Shown here: piece after piece, positions 59,077-64,000 of the stretch | Position numbering within the stretch: the first letter of the stretch is position 1 | Layout of the letters: every line of letters starts with the position of its first letter | Origin: an uncultured Prevotella sp. | Lineage (GTDB): Bacteria; Bacteroidota; Bacteroidia; Bacteroidales; Bacteroidaceae | Direction of reading: 5' to 3' | NCBI GenBank assembly: GCA_937895845.1 | Contig: CALBLK010000030.1 | Location: 22,057-86,056, forward strand | DNA length: 64,000 bases | Position numbers and translations under genes: made by a program | The notes under the pieces: generated by a model | What the model saw: the letters and a program-made list of their open reading frames with translations, nothing else | Databases searched by the model: none | What the model was told of the DNA's origin: nothing

Positions 59077-59093
59077 TTCAGCAATTATATATT

Positions 59094-62000
59094 ATGGAAA
59101 ATAACAGAAGACATACAGCAGCGCTCCGCACTTTTGTATGGGCTGCGCTGATGCTGCTTGCGACAGCCGTCAAGGCGCAAATCACATCGGTGCGCGGTAC
59201 GCTGAGCGACGATATGGGGCCCCTAATGGGTGCAACTGTCTGTGAGATTGACGCCACAGGGCGTATTATCGAGAGTACGGTGACCGACCTTGACGGTAAC
59301 TTCACCATGAAAATCCGCAATGTGAAGGACAAAATCCGTTTCAGCTACGTGGGCTTGAAGACCGTGACCATGCCCATCAACAGGTCTACCTATAAAATCA
59401 AGATGCAGTCGGCTACCGTCATCAAGGAGGTGGTGGTCAAGTCGAAGCGCCGCATGCAGGGCAACAACCTGCCTATTCCGCAGCGAGAGATATCCTATGC
59501 CACCCAGAGCATTTCGATGAAGGAGTTTGAGGGACTTGGCATCACCTCGGTCGATGAGGCCCTTCAGGGCCGTATCGCCGGCTTGGACATTATCGGTAAC
59601 TCTGGCGACTTGGGATCCGGTTCGACCATGCGCTTGCGTGGTGCAGCCTCGCTCTCTTCGCTGACCGATGCCAACCCGTTGATTGTGGTTGATGGAAACA
59701 TCCGCAGCGTAGACCTGTCTGACTTTGATATCCAGGGCGCAAACAACGAAAAGTTTGCCGAGCTTCTGAACATCAACCCCGAGGATATTGCCAGCATCAA
59801 TGTGCTGAAGGACGCTGCTGCCTCGGCCGTCTACGGCAGCCAGGGCGGTAACGGCGTGATTGAGCTGACCACCAAGCGTGGTGCGCAGGGACCGGCCAAG
59901 GTGTCTTACTCGCTGAAACTTACGGGTACTTACCAGCCCGATGGCTATGCCCTGCTGAACGGTGACGACTACACCATGTTGCTCAAGGAGTCTTATTTCA
60001 ACCCCTCGCAGAGCGACAGGGCCAGTGACATTGTTGAGCTGAACTATGACAAGACGTTCTCTGAATACGAGCAGTATAACAACAATACCGACTGGCGTGA
60101 TGCAGTTACCCAGTGGGGTCTGCGCCAGAACCATTATGTGTCTGTCTCCGGCGGTGGCGAGAAAGCCTCGTTCCGCATCGGTGGCGGCTTCGACCATGAG
60201 ACGGGTTCGATGATTGAGCAGAAGCTCCAGCGTTTCTCAACCCGCGTGGCCCTTGACTATAACATCAGCCAGCGCATCCGCGTGTCGACCAACTTCTCGC
60301 TCACCTACACCAAGAACGACTTTAACAGCGACAACCTGTTGTCGATTGCCATGAGAAAGATGCCCAACCTGAGTATCTATGAGCAAGATCCTGTGACAGG
60401 AGCCAACACCAACAGCTATTACCAGATGCTGCAGAGTGCATCGAGCATTTTTAACAACAACCAGAAGAACTTGGTCAACCCGGTGGCCAGCGCTCATCTG
60501 GCAAAGAGCGGCAGACGCACCTATGACCTGTCGCCAGAGCTGATTCTTAACTACCAGCTGTTAGGCCTGGACGAGGAGCACTGGCAGCTGAACTGGCGCG
60601 GTAGCGTGTATATGAACGTGTTCAACCAGTATGACGACGCGTTCTATCCCTCAGAGCTGAAAACAGTGGCTTGGACTGAGGGGCTGAACACCTCTTCTTC
60701 GGGCAGCAACAAGAGTGTGTCGTTCAACACCAAGCAGACGCTGACCCTGATACCGGCCTTTAGGAACAAAGACCACTCGGCCATGATGATGGGACGCTTT
60801 GAATTGACAACAGGGTCGAGCAGCGGGTCGTCTACCAGCGGCAAGGGCCTGCCTTCCGGTGGCATTGAGAGCCCTGATGCCGGCGGACTGATTACCGGCC
60901 TGAGCTCCTGGTACTCGGAGTGGCGCTCCATGTATTTCACCTATTCGGCCCACTATGCTTACAAGAGCCGCTATGTACTTGACTTCACGCTGCGTGCCGA
61001 CGGTACCACCAAGTTTGGCCCGAACAACCGCTGGGGCTATTTCCCCGCCGTGTCAGCAAAGTGGATTATCAGTGACGAACCGTTTATGAAGTTCTCCAAG
61101 AAGTGGCTGACCATGCTGGCTGTCCGCCCGAGCTGGGGTATGACAGGCCGCCAGCCCAACCAGGACTATCTGTACGTAAGCACCTATGTCTCGGGCGACA
61201 AGTATATCGACATGAATGCCATGCGCCCCGAGAAGATCCGCTTGACCGACCTGCGCTGGGAGAAGAATAAAAGCTACAACCTGGGTATTGACTTTGGCTT
61301 GTGGGACAGGTTCAACCTCTCGCTGGAGGTATACACCCAGAAGACAACCGACCTGCTAAACGGAGGCTACCGCATTCCGTCGAACACGGGCTACTCCACC
61401 TTGGCCTACCGCAACGGCGGCGCACTGAGAAACACGGGATGGGAGTTCCACATCAATACCAACAAGCTGGTGAGGGCCGGCAAGTTCTCGATGGACCTTA
61501 ACGCTACGTTCAGCAATAACCGCAACGAGATTCTTGAGATGGACGAGTACATCCTCGAGTCACTCAACTCTGTCTACAAGTATGGCAACCGTGAGACCCT
61601 GCAGCGTGTGCAGATAGGCAACCCCTTTGGTGCCATCTACGGTTTCCGCTACAAGGGCGTTTACCAGTACAACTATGACACCTTTGCCAGCATGAGCGCA
61701 GCCGACCGCGAAAAGTTCATCGCCGAGGGCAAGACCGCCCCGGTGGCCATGAATGCCAATGGACAGGTAATCACCGATGCCGATGGAAACCCGGTGCGCA
61801 TGATGTTCAACTACAGTAATGACACTTCGGGCAAGAACTATAAGTTCAACGGAGGTGACGCCATTTATGAGGATGTTAACCACGACGGCAACATTGACGC
61901 TCTTGACATCGTTTATCTGGGTAGCTCGCTGCCCAAGCTGAACGGTGGCTTCGGCTTCACGTTCAACTATGGCGCGTGGCGTCTCACCACCCAGTTCACC

Positions 62001-62426
62001 TACCGTCTTGGCAACAAGATTCTGAACCTTGCCCGCCTTGACTCAGAGGCCATGATTAGCAACGACAACCAGAGCCAGGCCGTGAACTACCGTTGGCGCA
62101 AAGAGGGTGATGTCACCTCTATTCCGCGTGCCATGTATGGTAGCACCTCCAACTACAACACGCTTGTCAGCGACCGCTTCGTGGAGAACGGTGACTACTT
62201 GCGTATGAACTACGCCCAGCTTTCGTATGCCATTGCCAAGAAATACCTCAAGTGGATCGGCCTGAACCGCGTCAGCTTCTATTGCAGTGTGAACAATCCG
62301 CTCGTCATCACCAAGTACTCTGGTGTTGACCCCGATATTGTGAACCGCGGCTATGCGCCTGCCATTGATGCCTCGCAAACCCCCCGTTCACGTTCCTACA
62401 CATTGGGTGTAACGGTTGATTTCTAA
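59094..62426 (+). CDS. SusC/RagA-family TonB-dependent transporter
   Basis: CarboxypepD-reg-like N-terminus, plug motifs PLIVVDG and INPEDIASINVLKDAAASAVYG..GGNGVIE.TTKRG, plus GYFPAVS, LRWEK, YEDVNHDG.ID and terminal Phe. Confidence 0.95.
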   Translation: MENNRRHTAALRTFVWAALMLLATAVKAQITSVRGTLSDDMGPLMGATVCEIDATGRIIESTVTDLDGNFTMKIRNVKDKIRFSYVGLKTVTMPINRSTYKIKMQSATVIKEVVVKSKRRMQGNNLPIPQREISYATQSISMKEFEGLGITSVDEALQGRIAGLDIIGNSGDLGSGSTMRLRGAASLSSLTDANPLIVVDGNIRSVDLSDFDIQGANNEKFAELLNINPEDIASINVLKDAAASAVYGSQGGNGVIELTTKRGAQGPAKVSYSLKLTGTYQPDGYALLNGDDYTMLLKESYFNPSQSDRASDIVELNYDKTFSEYEQYNNNTDWRDAVTQWGLRQNHYVSVSGGGEKASFRIGGGFDHETGSMIEQKLQRFSTRVALDYNISQRIRVSTNFSLTYTKNDFNSDNLLSIAMRKMPNLSIYEQDPVTGANTNSYYQMLQSASSIFNNNQKNLVNPVASAHLAKSGRRTYDLSPELILNYQLLGLDEEHWQLNWRGSVYMNVFNQYDDAFYPSELKTVAWTEGLNTSSSGSNKSVSFNTKQTLTLIPAFRNKDHSAMMMGRFELTTGSSSGSSTSGKGLPSGGIESPDAGGLITGLSSWYSEWRSMYFTYSAHYAYKSRYVLDFTLRADGTTKFGPNNRWGYFPAVSAKWIISDEPFMKFSKKWLTMLAVRPSWGMTGRQPNQDYLYVSTYVSGDKYIDMNAMRPEKIRLTDLRWEKNKSYNLGIDFGLWDRFNLSLEVYTQKTTDLLNGGYRIPSNTGYSTLAYRNGGALRNTGWEFHINTNKLVRAGKFSMDLNATFSNNRNEILEMDEYILESLNSVYKYGNRETLQRVQIGNPFGAIYGFRYKGVYQYNYDTFASMSAADREKFIAEGKTAPVAMNANGQVITDADGNPVRMMFNYSNDTSGKNYKFNGGDAIYEDVNHDGNIDALDIVYLGSSLPKLNGGFGFTFNYGAWRLTTQFTYRLGNKILNLARLDSEAMISNDNQSQAVNYRWRKEGDVTSIPRAMYGSTSNYNTLVSDRFVENGDYLRMNYAQLSYAIAKKYLKWIGLNRVSFYCSVNNPLVITKYSGVDPDIVNRGYAPAIDASQTPRSRSYTLGVTVDF

Positions 62427-62456
62427 GCGTTAATCATTCAAGAAAACTTAAAGAAC

Positions 62457-64000
62457 ATGAAAACAAAATATTATAAGATAGCCTGCGCGCTGACCGCGCT
62501 TGTGGGACTCTCGTCGTGCAGCGACTTCCTCGAGGTTGAGCCGCAGGACAAGATTGTCCTTGGCAAGTTCTGGAACGAGCGTGCCGATGTTGAGTCTGTC
62601 GTGGCCAGCTGCTATAGCTCCCTCCAGTCGTCTGCCGTCATCAAGCGCATGATGATTTGGGGTGAGGCGCGCAGCGAGACGATGGATGCCGGTAACAACA
62701 TGGATCAAGATGTGAACCTGGAGAACATCTTCAAGGCTAACATCAATTCGACCAACCCCTATACCACGTGGGTTGACTTCTACTACGTCATCAACACTTG
62801 CAACACTGTTATCAAGTATGCACCCCTGGTGGCAGCCAAGGACCCTGGCTATACCGAGAGCGAGCTGAGGGCCTCCATCGCCGAGGTGTCTGCCTTGCGA
62901 GACCTCTGCTATTTCTATCTCATCCGCACGTTCCGTGACGTGCCTTATACCACCGAACCCTACTTGGATGATGACCAGAAGATGGACTTGCCCGCCACCC
63001 CGTTCAATGAGGTGCTTGACAAACTTATCGCCGACCTGGAGCGTGTCAAGGATGATGCCGTTCACTATTATCCCAAGACGCAGCCGCTCTATCAGACCGG
63101 GCGCATCACGTCGACTGCCATCAATGCCATGCTTTGCGAAATGTATCTGTGGAAGCAGGACTATCAGAAGTGCATTGACTATGCGGATGCCGTTATTGCC
63201 GACATGAAGGAACAGGAAGAGAAAAGGCGCCAGGAGAGCGGCTTCAACACCTCGGCAGTTGACACCGAACTGGAGGGCTACCCCTTGCTGGCTAACCGCT
63301 ACAGCAACTCGCAGAAGTCGTTTGGCAGCAACTACTACGAGATGTTCGGCCAGGGCAACAGTTCGGAGTCAATCTTTGAGCTTACCTTCAAAAAAAATGA
63401 GGACAACATGCTTTCCAACGGAGCCGTCGATGTGTTCTATGGCAATGCCACCGACGTGATGGGCTATGCCTCAGCTTCATCGTATATAGGCGGTGATATT
63501 GCGCAGAAGCAGTATAAGGTTTTTGCCAACCAGCTTGACTCGCGCTACTATTACGCCTTGAACAGCTCTGGCTCCACTTACAGTCTGGCCAAGTATGCTT
63601 GTAACGATGTCCAGATTACTGCTGAGGGAAGCAATGCTGCCAGTGCCGAAGTGAAACCAAGCTGGAATGGGTTATATACCAAGGGCAAGTGCAAGGCAAA
63701 CTGGATTGTCTACCGTCTGGCCGACATCATGCTGATGAAAGCCGAGGCACTCACCCAGCTGATGAGCGAGACTGCTGATGCTGGGCTCTCAGATGCTGAC
63801 AAGAGCTACCGCGACCAGGCTTTCCGCCTTGTCACCGTGCTCAACAAGCGTGCCCTCTGCCAATACCCGCGCAAGGACACCCTTGACCCGACAGCGTACG
63901 CCACGAAGATAGCCATCGAGAACTTGGTTTATGACGAGCGCCGCCGTGAACTGATATATGAGGGCAAGCGCTGGTACGACCTTGTCCGCCGCGCCCGCCG
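62457..64000 (+). CDS. SusD/RagB-family lipoprotein (3' end beyond the window)
   Basis: Manual translation: MKTKYYKIACALTALVGLSSCSDFLEVEP, LR.LCYFYLIRTF.DVPY, YRLADIMLMKAEA and DERRRELIYEGKRWYDLVR. Absent from the ORF track because it has no stop in the window. Confidence 0.92.
   Translation, partial: MKTKYYKIACALTALVGLSSCSDFLEVEPQDKIVLGKFWNERADVESVVASCYSSLQSSAVIKRMMIWGEARSETMDAGNNMDQDVNLENIFKANINSTNPYTTWVDFYYVINTCNTVIKYAPLVAAKDPGYTESELRASIAEVSALRDLCYFYLIRTFRDVPYTTEPYLDDDQKMDLPATPFNEVLDKLIADLERVKDDAVHYYPKTQPLYQTGRITSTAINAMLCEMYLWKQDYQKCIDYADAVIADMKEQEEKRRQESGFNTSAVDTELEGYPLLANRYSNSQKSFGSNYYEMFGQGNSSESIFELTFKKNEDNMLSNGAVDVFYGNATDVMGYASASSYIGGDIAQKQYKVFANQLDSRYYYALNSSGSTYSLAKYACNDVQITAEGSNAASAEVKPSWNGLYTKGKCKANWIVYRLADIMLMKAEALTQLMSETADAGLSDADKSYRDQAFRLVTVLNKRALCQYPRKDTLDPTAYATKIAIENLVYDERRRELIYEGKRWYDLVRRAR

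Overview
Chromosomal window from a fairly GC-rich Prevotella-like Bacteroidales genome, judged from the TTTG-N19/20-TAnnTTTG promoters, A-rich translation-start regions, SusC/SusD genes and T9SS-type C-termini. It holds about 43 genes. Housekeeping content includes a Phe/Tyr biosynthesis operon followed by serB, a pepC-glycosyltransferase cluster, sppA-lpxK-punA-thiL, ftsB-like to pyrC to plsC, groESL, an AmgK/MurU-like pair and guaA. Plant-glycan enzymes (GH28, GH2, DUF4450) are scattered among these, and a polysaccharide utilization locus begins at about 48.2 kb and runs off the window end. No tRNA, rRNA, integrase, transposase or CRISPR-cas was recognised. The most interesting signals lie outside the ORF track. 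(1) A mirror-symmetric divergent promoter with 3+3 Pho-box-like repeats at 11-bp spacing sits between a phosphate-porin/lamin-tail lipoprotein/phosphoesterase operon and an orphan secreted protein, and the lipoprotein gene is interrupted by an in-frame amber codon. (2) A roughly 100-bp promoter-plus-hairpin element with covarying base pairs is reused in front of unrelated genes. (3) Three dispersed arrays share a 22-bp semi-palindromic unit. (4) A candidate sRNA bounded by its own promoter and terminator follows groEL. (5) A Phe/Tyr-rich leader peptide forms an attenuator. (6) An uncharacterised module of about 185 aa occurs four times in two secreted PUL proteins. All assignments come from manual motif reading; no searches were run.
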